A stretch of 64,000 nucleotides of DNA from positions 16,556,001 through 16,620,000 of the forward strand of contig NC_086118.1 of assembly GCF_963921235.1 (NCBI RefSeq), in the 5' to 3' direction. The notes under the pieces are model-generated. The model saw only the letters and a program-made list of their open reading frames with translations, was not told where the DNA came from and ran no database searches. This document shows, piece by piece, positions 38,525 to 50,457 of the stretch. Numbering within the stretch: the stretch's first letter is position 1; every line of letters starts with the position of its first letter. This DNA is from Mobula hypostoma (lineage: Eukaryota). The translations under genes were made by a program, and so were the position numbers.

Positions 38525-38752
38525 TTCAGTGAGTGGCATCAGCGCCGGACTTCGGAGCGAAGGCTCGAATCCAAATCCCGCCCCCCCCCCCCACTCTTTC
38601 CATCCGTGCCAGGTTGAGTGTCGAACTAGCCACTCGGCCTCGTAAAAAAAAACAAGGGACGAGTCAGGAACGTTTACATCGTGACCCGGTTAATTCAAAA
38701 GGAGACCAATCCCGTCACTACACTTCAGGCAAGAATGCTAGGAAAGAAGTGA
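38525..38752 (+). mobile_element. tRNA-headed SINE-like element distinct from V-SINEs
   Basis: CpG-rich, with gagtggcatcagcgccggacttcggagcgaagg head and ccatccgtgccaggttgagtgtcgaactagccactcggcctcgtaaaa body. Confidence 0.45.
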
Positions 38753-38779
38753 GGGGAAACAAACCTTCTTCTATTAAAG

Positions 38780-38862
38780 CAGGGGGTTTCCCAACCTGGG
38801 ATCCACGGACCTCTGGTTAATGGTAGGGGTCCATGGCATAAAGAAAGGGTTGGGAACCCCTG
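38780..38862. mobile_element. 83-bp hAT MITE
   Basis: TIRs cagggggtttcccaacc / ggttgggaacccctg with a perfect 8-bp TSD tattaaag (38772-38779 and 38863-38870). Confidence 0.92.
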
Positions 38863-39009
38863 TATTAAAGCATCCCTTGCCTCAGGTCATAATCAGTCTG
38901 ATGGTTTTTGACTAATGATGGATTATTCTTTTCTGCTTCCACTAAATGTCTGTCAAGCACAACTAAATTACCTCAGGTACTAGGGTTAGAGTGGCTGCCA
39001 AATATTCTC

Positions 39010-41455
39010 AAGAGGGAGAATGAGCAGCCAGAGGCTATGGTGCTCATTTGGCATCAGTGACTCAAGTAGAGAGGGGGAAGGGTCCTGTGCAGGGAGTATA
39101 GGGAGTTATGACTGAGGTGGAAGAGCAGGACCTCCAAGGTAGTAATCACTAGATAACTCTCAGTGCTATTGATGTGACAGCTGGTGGACAAGAAGAAACA
39201 GTATGTAGTGAGGAAGGACAGGCAGATGATTAGGGCAAAAATGCCGTGAGTGGGATGAGGTGAAGTGTAATATGAGGACAAATTCAAAAAGGTGATGAAA
39301 GTGTTATATTTGAATGCATGCAGTGTACTGAATAAGGCAGATGATATTGTAGCACAGCTAGAGATAAGCAGGTATGACGTGGGCACCACGGAAGATCATA
39401 GTTGGGAGCTTAACATCCAAGAACCCACTTTGTATCAAAAGGACAGGAAGGTAGGCAGAGGGGGTGGGGAGGCTCTGTTGGTAAAAAATTAAATCAAATC
39501 CTTAGAAAGAGGTGACAGAGTCAGAAGGTGTTGAATCCCTGTGGGTAGAGTTAAAAAACTGCAAAGGTGAAAAAAAAGACCCCGATGGGAGTTATTTAGA
39601 GGCCTCCAAATAGTAGCCAGGATATGGGATACAAATTATAACAGGAGACAGCAAAGGCATGTATTAAGGGCAATGTCACGATAGTCATGGGTGATATTTC
39701 AATTTGCAAGATTTCAATATTTCAAAGATTGGGAAAATCAGGATGGTTCTGGATTCCAAGAGAGGGAATTTATAGAATGCCTACAAGGTGGTCTTTTTAG
39801 AGCAACTTGTGGTTTGAGCCTGAACAGTACGCCAGAAATTGGAGTGTGTCAGGGGGCAGAAGCGAGTGTTATTGCTATCACAATGGAGAAGATGCTTGGG
39901 AAGCTGAAAGGTCTGAAGCTAGATAAGTCTGGTGTAACCATTTGAAAGATGTAGATGGAGTGATTGTGGGGGGATTAGTAATGATCTTTCAAGAATGATT
40001 AGATTCTGGAATGGTTCCAGAGAACTGAGAAATTGTAAATATCACTCTAGTTCTTAAGAAGGGATGGAAGCAGAAGAAAGGAAGTTATAGACCAGTTAGC
40101 CTGATCTCAGTGATTGGGAAGTGTTGAAGTTCATTATTAAAGATGAGTTTTGGGGTACTAGTAGACACATGATAAAACAGGCCAAAGTCAGCATGACTTC
40201 ATTAAGGGGAAATCTCGCCTGACAAATAAATCTGTTGGAATTCTTTGAAGAAATAACAGGCAGGATAGACAAAGGAGAGTTGTTTACTTAGATTTTCAGA
40301 AGGCCTTTGTCAAGGTGCCACATAAGGCTGCTTAATGAGATAAGAGCCCATGGTATTACAGGAAAGATACCAGCAGGAAGCAAAAGAGTGGGAATAAAAG
40401 GGTCATTTTCCGTTTGGCTGGTGGTGACTGATGGCGTTCTGCAGGGCTTGGTATTGGAACAGCTTCCTTTCACATTATATGTCAGTGATGTGGGTGATGG
40501 AATTGATGGCCATGTGGCCAAGTTGGTAGACAATACAAAGATAGGTGGAGGGACAGGTAGTGATGGCGAAGTAGGAAGACTGCAGAAGGACCTAAGACAG
40601 ATTGGGAGAATGAAAGAAGTAGTAGCAGATGGAATATTGTGCAGGGGAGTGTATGGACATGCACTTCCAAAGACGGAATACAGATGTAGACTATTTTCTA
40701 AACAGGGAGAAAATTTTTTAAAAATCAGAGGTCCAAAGAGACTTGGGAGTCCTTGTGCAGGACTCCCCATAGGTTAACTTGCAGGTTGAGTTGGTGGTGG
40801 TGAAGGGAAAGGCAATGTGAACATTCATTTTGACAAAATTAGAAAGAGCAAGGATATAATGCTGAGTTTTTATAAGGCATTAGCCAGACCACATTTGGAG
40901 TAGTGTTAATCGTTTCTTAGTGAGCAGTTTTGGGCTGCTTATTTAAGAAAAGATATGCTGGCATTGGAAAGGGTCCAGATGAGGCTCATGAGAATGATTC
41001 CAGAAATGAAAGGGTTAACATATGAAGAGTGTTTGATGGCTCTGTGCCTGTACTTGCTGGAGTTTAGAAGAATGGGGGTGGGGGGGAAGAATCTCATTTG
41101 AACTTATCAATTATTGGAAGGTCCAGATAGAGTGGATGTGGACAGGATGTTTCCTATAGGGGATGAGTCTAGGACAGAGGGCAGAGCCTCAAAATAGAGG
41201 GATATTCATTTAGAACAGAGATGTGGAGGGATTTCTTTTCTGGTGGTGAATCTGTAGAAATTATTGCAATGGATGGTTTTAGAGGCCGAGTAATTAAGTA
41301 TATTTAAAGCAGAGGTTGACAGATTCTTCATTGGTCGGGGTGTCAATGGTTATGGGGAGAAGGCAGGAGAATTGGGTTGAAAGGGATAATAAATCAGCCA
41401 TGATGGTAGAGCAGACGCAGTGGGCCAAATAGACTAATTCTGCTCCTACTTTTGT
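39010..41455 (+). mobile_element. Long decayed CR1 LINE: ORF1 remnant, APE endonuclease, internal deletion, RT and 3'UTR
   Basis: KVLYLNACSVLNK and RGGGEALLVKN (endonuclease), ttagattttcagaaggccttt, AKLVDNTKIGG (RT), with many stops and frameshifts. It parallels 60040-63262 but lacks the middle, jumping at ~39820. Confidence 0.92.
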
Positions 41456-43166
41456 TTTATGTTCTCAAATCTTTGTAAATGGACAGGAGACAGTATGAAA
41501 CTATAAAAAAAAGGTGCTACAAATGGCTTTGGCAAGACAAATGTTGTGCTGTTCATCCTATTCTATCTCAGGGACTGGGCAAACAAGCAGATCATGACAA
41601 AGGTTACATATATTAAACCAGAAAAGCCCAAGATTGATCTCATTTGGGTTAATAATGAAGGACTGATATCTAAGTTCAATGAATATTGGTGGGAGGTTTC
41701 CAACATACCATTCCGTCATAAAGCAGTCCATATAATGGCAAGATTGGGCTGTACTACATTGGCTCTTTCTACACAATTATGGAGCATGCCAACATTCACA
41801 GTCTAGACTCAACTATGAATAATTGTCACTTGTTTTGAAAACATAAGGTCACTGCTGGCTGAGGAATTATACCCAATACATGAGTCACCAGCTTTGAGAA
41901 AAGTGAAGGGGTAAAAATTGTTTAAAAATTGGACAAGGAATAAAAGATTTGTTATGACCTATTCTTAAAGACCACGTGAAGTATATGAATGGCGTGACAA
42001 TGATATATGTGAAAAATTACTAATATGGAACTAAAGCCAATATGAAGTAAACCACACCAGAGGGTCAATTTTAATGTTATAAGGATTAAATCATTTGTGA
42101 AATATTTTGTCACAAATTGGTTAGCATTTCTGTGTCAACTGTTTAAGATCTGGAAAAGTATGTAATTCAAGATGTAATATTGTTCCTTACGCTTTATCAA
42201 AGTTAAATTGTTCTGTTTCACACACTGTCTTGGACTCTGGATCCTGTGATCTGTGATAGAGACTGACAATCTAATGCCAATAAGAGATGACTGCAAGGGA
42301 TTGGGGATGGGCAGTCTAAACTCATACAGAATGCCACTGCGAACCAGGAGAGTAGATTCTGATGTCAACAGTGTTGGCTGGATAGTGTACAGTGCACAAA
42401 TGTCTAAACCACTGCACTAACTAGATCCTGTATCTGCGCTTTGGTGCTAAAAGTAATCAACGTGGACACACAGAAAAGGCAACAAACTCCAGATATTGGC
42501 AATCTAAAACAGAAATAGTAAATGCTGGAAATGCACTGCAGGTGAAGCAGCATCAGTCAAGAAGGAAACCAGAGTTTAATGGCCTTTCATTCGAAATCAA
42601 ATTTCTGATTCCTCTTTCACTAATGTGTAAACATAGCTTTAATTGTAGAAAGTTAGGTTCACTTGAGAAAATAATTTCTGGAGATTCAGTGCACCTCTTG
42701 GACAATTGTCGATGTTGTGAAATTTTGATTAATCTGCATAAAGTATCAAAGCTCATGATTATAACTGGTCTAACACATCAGAACTGAGAAAAGCCTGCTT
42801 ATTTTACTTCATTAGCAATTGCCGTGCTTCCCATGCTTACCTATGTAAAAGAAATTTTCAGAATTTCAATAACATACAGTAGGCACTGGACAGGAGCCAA
42901 GGAAGGCCTGAAGCTGAGCCAGAAGAGAGAGCTAATCTGTGATAGTAGCTGCTGCCAGTGTGGGACTACAATTACTATGAAGAATGCAAGTAATGTTGTA
43001 ATATCTGTAATGACTGCGTTTTACAGCAGAAATGGACACTAGGAGAAAGACAGTAAAATCAATAATATTTTGAACAGAAAATGGATAAACACTTTGAGAA
43101 TGCAAATTAGCCCTTGAACTATAATTTAATCACAGTACACCCTAACATACTACAAATGGGCTATGC

Positions 43167-43798
43167 CAGTGGTCCCCAACCTCCGGGCCGCAGACTGATA
43201 CCGGGCTGTGAAACATGCAGGGGTGCAGCAGTAGCCGGAGTGCACCCAGCACATCTTTAAGAGAAAAGCTGAAATAAACAAGCTAATTAATTAGATGCCG
43301 CCCAACACGTAAATGTCGGCCCAGATCAGAGGCAATTGCCGATTTCACTTGCTCTATGCGATGTTCACTCCTTTTCCAGGGCGCTGGAGCCTTTAGCTGT
43401 TCCATTGTTTGGTCAATTTAAACGCCCTCCCAGACCGGCTGAAAAGACAGGGCTGTCAGGATCGAGGTGACATGCTGAATCTACACAAACTTTTAATAAA
43501 GTATAGGCACTGCTGTGCTTCCTTTGTAATGACAGTTACGTGCTGGTCCCAGGACAGATCCTGTGACACTTTTCAGAGAGAGAAACGTCGATCCTTAATG
43601 CCGAGGAATTTAAAGTTATTCACCCTCTCCACCTCAGTTCCTTTAATGAAGTCTGGCTTCTGGGCGGCACCTAATTAATTAGCTTGTTTATTTTGGCTTT
43701 TTTCTTAAAGATGTGCTGGGTGCACTCCGGCTACCGCTGCACCCCTGCATGCTTCGTGGCCCAGTATCAGTCCGCAGCCCGGAGGTTGGGGACCACTG
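43167..43798. mobile_element. Fold-back hAT-type element, 632 bp, with ~135-bp inverted arms
   Basis: Both ends read cagtggtccccaacctccgggc...gagtgcacccagcacatctttaag...aaataaacaagctaattaattag. TSD ggctatgc/agctatgc (7 of 8). Confidence 0.92.
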
Positions 43799-43989
43799 AG
43801 CTATGCTAAAGGAATTTTCAAATTAGTTTGAGAATTATTTTCTTCTATACTACCTGAAGAGCTTAAGGAAAGCTAATCTGCCCCCAAATTACTGGCCAAC
43901 TTTTATCAATATAAGATAGACAGCATACTGACATACTATACAAAATGACTGTGTGGTACTCTAGCTGCAGCAAGCCTGATCTTAAAACA

Positions 43990-44235
43990 CTTCAATGGGT
44001 GTTTGGGACGCTTCTTCACATCACTGGGACTCAACTACTAGACCTGGAGACAATCTACAATGTGCCTTTGTTACCTACATTGCCAGCACGCTTGTGACAT
44101 CATTAAAAACTCATACCATCCTGGACACTGTCTGTTCAATCTCCTGCCATCTGGTAGGAAATATAGAAACATCTTAGCCAAGACACTAAAATTGAAAAAG
44201 AGTTTCTTCCTTAGGGCTGTTGTGCAGCTGAATAA
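43990..44235 (+). mobile_element. Rex1-like LINE 3' coding fragment
   Basis: IIKNSYHPGHCLFNLLPSGRKYRNILAKTLKLKKSFFLRAV. Confidence 0.75.
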
Positions 44236-44446
44236 TGCCACACCCCAGCTTGCCAATGGTCTTTGTGTGTTACGGACTAGCAAAGCCACTTGTCGCATGT
44301 AAATATGGGACAGGTGTAGCACCACAATCTCTTTGTCTTGAGCAATGACAATAACGTTCTATTCGATTCTCATTCACAGTATATCCTTAAGACTCATCGA
44401 GAATTCCGTGCGGTTTTTCCATGTGCAAGATGAAATAAAAGCAGAG

Positions 44447-44452
<6 letters not shown>

Positions 44453-44494
<42 letters not shown>
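44453..44494. repeat. (TG)21 microsatellite
   Basis: Read directly. Confidence 0.97.
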
Positions 44495-44499
<5 letters not shown>

Positions 44500-47400
44500 A
44501 CGTGTTTGTGCTTGGCATGGGGGTTGTGGAGCAGAAATAGATCACTTCTACAATTTAAAAGGAATTACCAAATGCAAGGAGTTGGCTTTTGTCAGATAAT
44601 CAATTGCTGATGGTTGGTTGGTTCATGCATGGAATTGGGTGGAAGTAGTGAATGATCCGGGGTGGTGGGGAATGGTGAGGGCTCCAGTCAAATGTTTAAT
44701 GTGACAACTGTGATTGAGTGCACGTTATCTAGCGAGGGAATGGGTGATAATTCGGGAGGGGTTAGTTCTGGAGGAAGTACAATATTTAGATAAATTAAAG
44801 GGGACTGATCTGTTGGGTTCCCAATGGCAGAATGGCACCTTCTCAGAAGGCGTTCTTTAAATGATCTAACTGTAGAGCACATACCAGTATAAAAGCAAGA
44901 TCAGTTGTTCATGACTAACAACAGATGCATTTTGGATCCATGAGCAATGTCATAAATGTGGGAAATGGCTCATCCACTCAAGTGTGCTGGAAACATAGAT
45001 TTTCCACTGCATAATGCAACAGAAGGTGATTATTTTCTGAGCTGCTGGAATTTGAAATAAATTCATATGTTCACAGATTACCTCTGTCATTTCCTATTGT
45101 TGAGAGAGGCCTCAGCAGCCATGCCACAAAACCACAGACCACTGCTGCTGCAATGTGACAATTAGAAATGACAATGAAGAAAGGTGATGAAAAACATTTT
45201 TAGTATTAAAAGGGACAAAGATTGGAGATAAAATGGAAGGCCAGAATGTGTGTATAAGTTGTCACAAAAAGCATGGAACAGGGTAGGAACCAGACTGAGT
45301 GCCAGGCTAGGGTCTGAGCTTCCCCTTGTGGCAACTGGAATTGTGCCCAGTCCAGGCTGATATCCACTATTGAAAAATTTGCGTGTAGGAAGGAGGGACA
45401 GGGATTGGATGTTTGGGGACTTGGGCAGGGGGCGGGTGAGAGTCAAAGTGATGATCAGCTGGAGATTGGTGGAAAGTTTAATGTACAATGAGTTTGGACT
45501 CATAACTGATGGGCCAAAGTATTAAGCACAAGAGGGCGATGACAAGGATAAGATATATTATTTTTAGTTTTGTTTAAACTTGCCATGAAGCCATTTGGGG
45601 TGGACAATTGGTCTGTTCTGTGTAGAGAAATGAAATTTTGAATAGGTCCTGGAATCTAAAGTAGCAGCAGTCACAAATGGCAGCTGCTTTGGAGAGAGTC
45701 TCTATTAGATGAAGCTTTGAATTTGGCCTTAATTGTTCTTGAAGAGCCGAAGAGTGGGACTAAATATCGTCTTTCTGCGATAGTGGTGTTAATGACATCA
45801 GGCTCCATTTTAGGAAAAAGGAACAAAGGCTACAAGAAGGTACAAACTCACGCTGCAGTGGAAAAGCTGAGCACTACCATACTATAAAGTATTTATTTAC
45901 TCCTCAGTAAAGGTAAAGATATATGACTATTGTGAGCAGTGCTGTGGTTTTTGACCATCTGTTCTTTTGTCTTCCGTGCCTTTTCATTAAGATATAGGAA
46001 GTTCTAGAGATCAGGAGAAAAAAATCAAAATTACAAGCTTACGTAATGAAGTTACTTTAAATATATTCGTAATTTTAGCACTCCACAAAAGCTGCACATG
46101 TCTAATGGCAGACAATTATTCTGCATTGCCAGTGATAGCAGTGATTTATAATACTTTTATACCTGAGCATTCAGATGATATAATTCAGAAGATTTGACTT
46201 GTAAATTTGAGATATATTATTCAGTGATAATAAATATTTCAAAGAATATCATGTTAAGTAAGAGCTGTTAAAATTTAGCAGATTCCAAAAACCATTAGGC
46301 ATGTTGTGCCGGTTCATGGTGTAGTCCACAAAAATGTAAATGCCAAAGCCAGTCCTATGTTGTGGCATCACATATCGGTCTTTTCGTCTGTTCTGAAAAA
46401 AATTAATAAGGAACAGACGTGCACACACGCTATGCTTGCAAGGAGAAGGCATTGTAGACTGAAGTTTTTAAACTCTCTGCCAATAAAGCAGTTTGTTAGG
46501 TTAGCTCATCTATACAAAATAAACCTCAGTGGATCAGAATTAATTAAAGTATCAAACTACATTTTTAATTTAATTTGAACTTAACCCAAACTAAACAACT
46601 TGAATTATTTTATACAAATTAATTCATATTGGATTAAATTTAAACAGAGTAGAATCAGTACAATTAATAATGATTTAAGTCGATTTCCCCCATGGTTTGT
46701 GTAAATATCCAGAAAGCAAACCGATATTGAATGCAATTATTACATTAATATGAATACATTTTTTGGCCAGACACAAAAATATGTTTCTCCTAACTTTTAC
46801 TTTTGAGTCAGGATTTGTATTAAAGGTAAGACTCTCCTATAAACCATAACCCTGGCATTTTTGATATATAAACAACTTTCTTCTGAACCATAACCTTGAC
46901 ATTTCTGATATACTGTATAAACACTTTCTGTACTTACTCTTGTGCACCCAAATATATCAGATCTTGATGTACAGCCCTAAATGCAGATATAATACCCTAG
47001 GAGTGGTTGATACTAGTATATTTCTTTTTTACAAGGAGTTTTCACTGCCTCTGTGTAATAACTTCAAAAGTGGCTCTGCAATTATGGCCCATAAATAGGA
47101 GAGGGGATTGAGATGGACAATTAACATACATAATTTGATTGCAAAGCAGATCACTTGATTTGTTTCAGTGGCCCTGCTGACTGTTGGCATAGGTTGTTCT
47201 TGTTAACCAAGCTAGTTTTAGAATTGGGATCTGTCCATCTTAAGACATGCTTTGTCTTAAGACATACTTAAGACAAAGCAAACTTCCGAACTGATCATTA
47301 ACTGCTAAAGATGAACTCTTGATCTCCCAATAACTGCAATGTTGTCAGGTTGACTGCATCAGTGACGACCTCTTACATGTGTGGTTCATAATAATTTAAG

Positions 47401-47839
47401 CTAGTTTGCTTTTTTTAAAGAGAGACCTATTGTGGTTGAAGTCAGTATTGACAGTCATGCAGAAAGTGAGTCCTTTTTGAGCAGGATTGCAATGAAGATG
47501 TAGCCCCAGAGAAAACGTGTTTCTCAATTTTTGGACTCCATCCTGAAGTCATTGTGAAGGAGGTACACCTTTACTGTTTTGGAGAAGGAGGTCCTTCAAG
47601 CTACCAAAGTGAAGTTATTGACGATGATAATCACATCCCCTCAATAGACTGCACAATGCCTCATTATAGATGTCCTTTCACATGTAGGGTAAGGTCTCAC
47701 CTCACCAGAGACATCAGAGCTCAATGATAAGCTCCATGGAGAAACAGTGCTTGCTGGTCATTATTGTAATAGGCATTTTTCACACTGTGACTAAGACAGC
47801 ACAAGTGATTATGGAAATCTCCAGGATATATTTTTCTTC

Positions 47840-48095
47840 TGTTTATTTAGAGATACAACAGAGTTACGGGCCCTACCAACCCAATGAGCCCATGCTGCCC
47901 GATTACTCCCATGTGACCAATTAACCTACTAACTTGTACATCTTCGGGATTTGGAAGAGACCTGGAGTGGCCAGAGGAAACCCATATGGTCATGGGGAGA
48001 AAGTACAAGCTCCTTACAGAGAGCAGCGGGAAATGAACATGGATGACTAGCACTGTAATAGGGTTACACTAGCTGCTACACCATTGCACCATCCT
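47840..48095 (-). mobile_element. V-SINE
   Basis: Reversed core gaggaaacccatatggtcatggggagaaagtacaagctccttacaga. Confidence 0.8.
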
Positions 48096-48142
48096 GCACA
48101 ATCTGCACACTTTTCTAATATGCAAGCCGCATTTGATTTAAA

Positions 48143-48380
48143 TGGCACGGTATCATTATGGTTGGTGAACCACTTTACAGTGCCAGCAATTGGAAGATAG
48201 AGGTCCGATTCACACTGCTGTCTGCAAGGAAATTGTACATTCTTCCCATGACGGCCTGGGGTTCCTCCCACATTCCAAAGATATACAAGTTAGAGTCAGC
48301 AAGTGGTGGGCATGCTATGTTGATGCAGGGAGCATGTACATGCACATCTGTCAAATAAAGCTAATCTAATCTAATCTAAA
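48143..48380 (+). mobile_element. V-SINE-like element with (ctaat)n tail
   Basis: ggcacggta...ctttacagtgccagc...gtccgattc head, partial core, then aataaagctaatctaatctaatct. Confidence 0.75.
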
Positions 48381-48954
48381 CAAAACTGTTCTTTTCAGTA
48401 TCTCTGTGTTAAATAACCAGAAGATGTAAACTGGTCAGATAATGAAAGAACTGGGCTCAGATGATCCATAATCTCAATTTGACACTTGCTGTCGTGGGCT
48501 CAGATACTGACATGACACAGAATATATAGTTGGCATCTGCTATCATAAGATGTAAGAGTGTATTCCTCAATGGACCTCTCAAACGCTAAAGATGAACTTT
48601 TGATCTCCTAATTTTCTCTGTTGTGGTCCTCCCACTTTAAATGCTTATCTGAATGTAGTTTCTCTGAAGCTGCTACAACACATTCTGCATTCTGTTTTCT
48701 TTTCAATGCCTTGTTGTACTTATACACGGATTGATTCCCCTGGAGGTACGCAAACTAATCTTCTTCACTCTATGTTGACATGTGTGACAGTAATAAGCTA
48801 ACTTGCTGCCTGATCAGGAACCATGGATAAGTAAAATGTTTGGTGCCGTGGAAACACTTCTGAAAAGGCCGAGTTTAATGCCAAGGATCCTGATAAAATC
48901 CAAGACTTTGCTGAGAGCTTGAAGCCTACCATTCCAGCATGTAGCTGGAACAGA

Positions 48955-49220
48955 CTTTATTTATTTATCGAGATACAGTGTGGAATAGCTCTGGCCCTTC
49001 GAGTCACGCTGTCCAGCAAGCCCCGATTCAACCCCAGCCTAATCAGGGGACAATTTACAATGACTAATTATCCCTCCAACCAGTTCGACTTTGGACTGTG
49101 GGAGGAAACCAGAGCACCTGGAAGAAACCTACGTGGTCACAGAGAGAACATGCAAATTCCTTATAGACAGCAGCGGGAATTGAACCCCGGGTTGCCTGTA
49201 CTGTAAAGCTTTGTGCTAGC
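48955..49220 (-). mobile_element. V-SINE
   Basis: (ttta)n tail, gggacaatttacaatgac, ttggactgtgggaggaaacc and a reversed box B gaattgaaccc. Confidence 0.85.
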
Positions 49221-49477
49221 CTTATCAGAAAGTGAATCTGATCAAAGAAACATTAAAAAAATTACAGCCAGTTTATACAATAATTAATCATTACCTAAGT
49301 ACTGCACTGGGAACTACATGCTGATGCTTCATCGCTAAAGTTGACACTGTGCAAAGGGGTTCAAGGTATCAAAGATAATCAAGCAATCCTACCTTCTAAA
49401 AGACTACGAAATTGATACCGAAACAGTGAATGGGGTAACACCTCCTAAGACTAATTTCTCAGAAGCCTCAATGATCT

Positions 49478-49768
49478 CTAGGTTAGAAGGCCTGTCTTAA
49501 GAGGATAGGCTGAATGAGCCGGGGCTTTTCTCTTTGAAAAGTAGGATGAAAGGTGTCTTGATGGAGGTGTACAGGATAATAAGAGGCATAGGTAAAGTGA
49601 GCAACTAGAGATTTATCCCAGGGCAGAAATAACTAACACAAGTGGGCATATTTTAAGATGATGGTGTGTGGAACACACTGCCAAGGGTGGTGGTAGAGGC
49701 AGAGCTGGCACAACATTACGGGCTGAAAGGCCTGTACTGTGCTGTACAGTACTGTTCTATGTTCTAAG
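49478..49768 (+). mobile_element. CR1 3' fragment with internal deletions
   Basis: Similar to 4850-5268, ending in gggctgaaaggcctgtactgtgctgtac...ttctatgttct. Confidence 0.8.
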
Positions 49769-50299
49769 ATTATGGCATACATCCTATTATCCTGCAGTCT
49801 TGTCATTAGTTGTACTGTTGGCTAGACTGCAACTGCTCAATTCCAAGATTGTTCACTTTGGAACTGAGGCTCCTAGATGCAGAGCTGCTTGAGATGTCCT
49901 CCATGGAGACATCCAGTCAGACTCAACAACCTTTGACCAGCTCTGTGAGACTTTCTGGGAAAGTATAAAAGTGATCAGACAACATTAATTTTATTTAAAG
50001 ATGTTATTTGGAATATTTGATTTGATTTGCATTATGAGTAATGGACAAGTGGGGAATTGATGATGCAGTTGCAGATTGTAATTGGATTTGTTCTTCACAG
50101 CAACACAGAAAGAAGATGTTTTGACTACCTCTGCATGTCCTCCTATTTCTTCCTCTTCCGTTCCTCATCAAAACGTTGGTGAAAAGGCTGACTCTTCATA
50201 AAACTCAGACCAAGCAACATGCAATAGACCTCAATGATCTCTAACTCCAACCCCTCAAATACTGGTTAACTCCCAAGGAGCAAACCAGGCAGTATTTAT

Positions 50300-50457
50300 T
50301 TATATATTATTTTCCCACCTTTTTTCTCTCTCTGCTCCTCTCACAATCACACCTTGCCTGCTCTCCATCTTCCTCTGGTGCTCCCCTCCCCCCTTCTTTC
50401 TCCCTAGGCCTCCCGTCCCATGATACTCCCCCTTCTCCAGCCTCGTATCCCTTTTGC
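50300..50457 (+). mobile_element. Penelope-like pyrimidine-rich tail fragment
   Basis: CT-rich block resembling the Penelope tails at 3540-3780. Confidence 0.45.

Noticed and set aside
40288..40777. 156-160-aa ORFs on both strands
   Set aside because: Frameshifted CR1 RT remnant and its antisense shadow, not host genes.
45805..45814. Isolated CArG box CCATTTTAGG
   Set aside because: No supporting motif cluster seen, and several such 10-mers are expected by chance in 64 kb of AT-rich DNA.
47304..48609. Repeated ~24-mer gctaaagatgaactyttgatctcc at ~47304 and ~48585
   Set aside because: Only two dispersed copies, most simply fragments of one interspersed repeat; not an array or an LTR pair.
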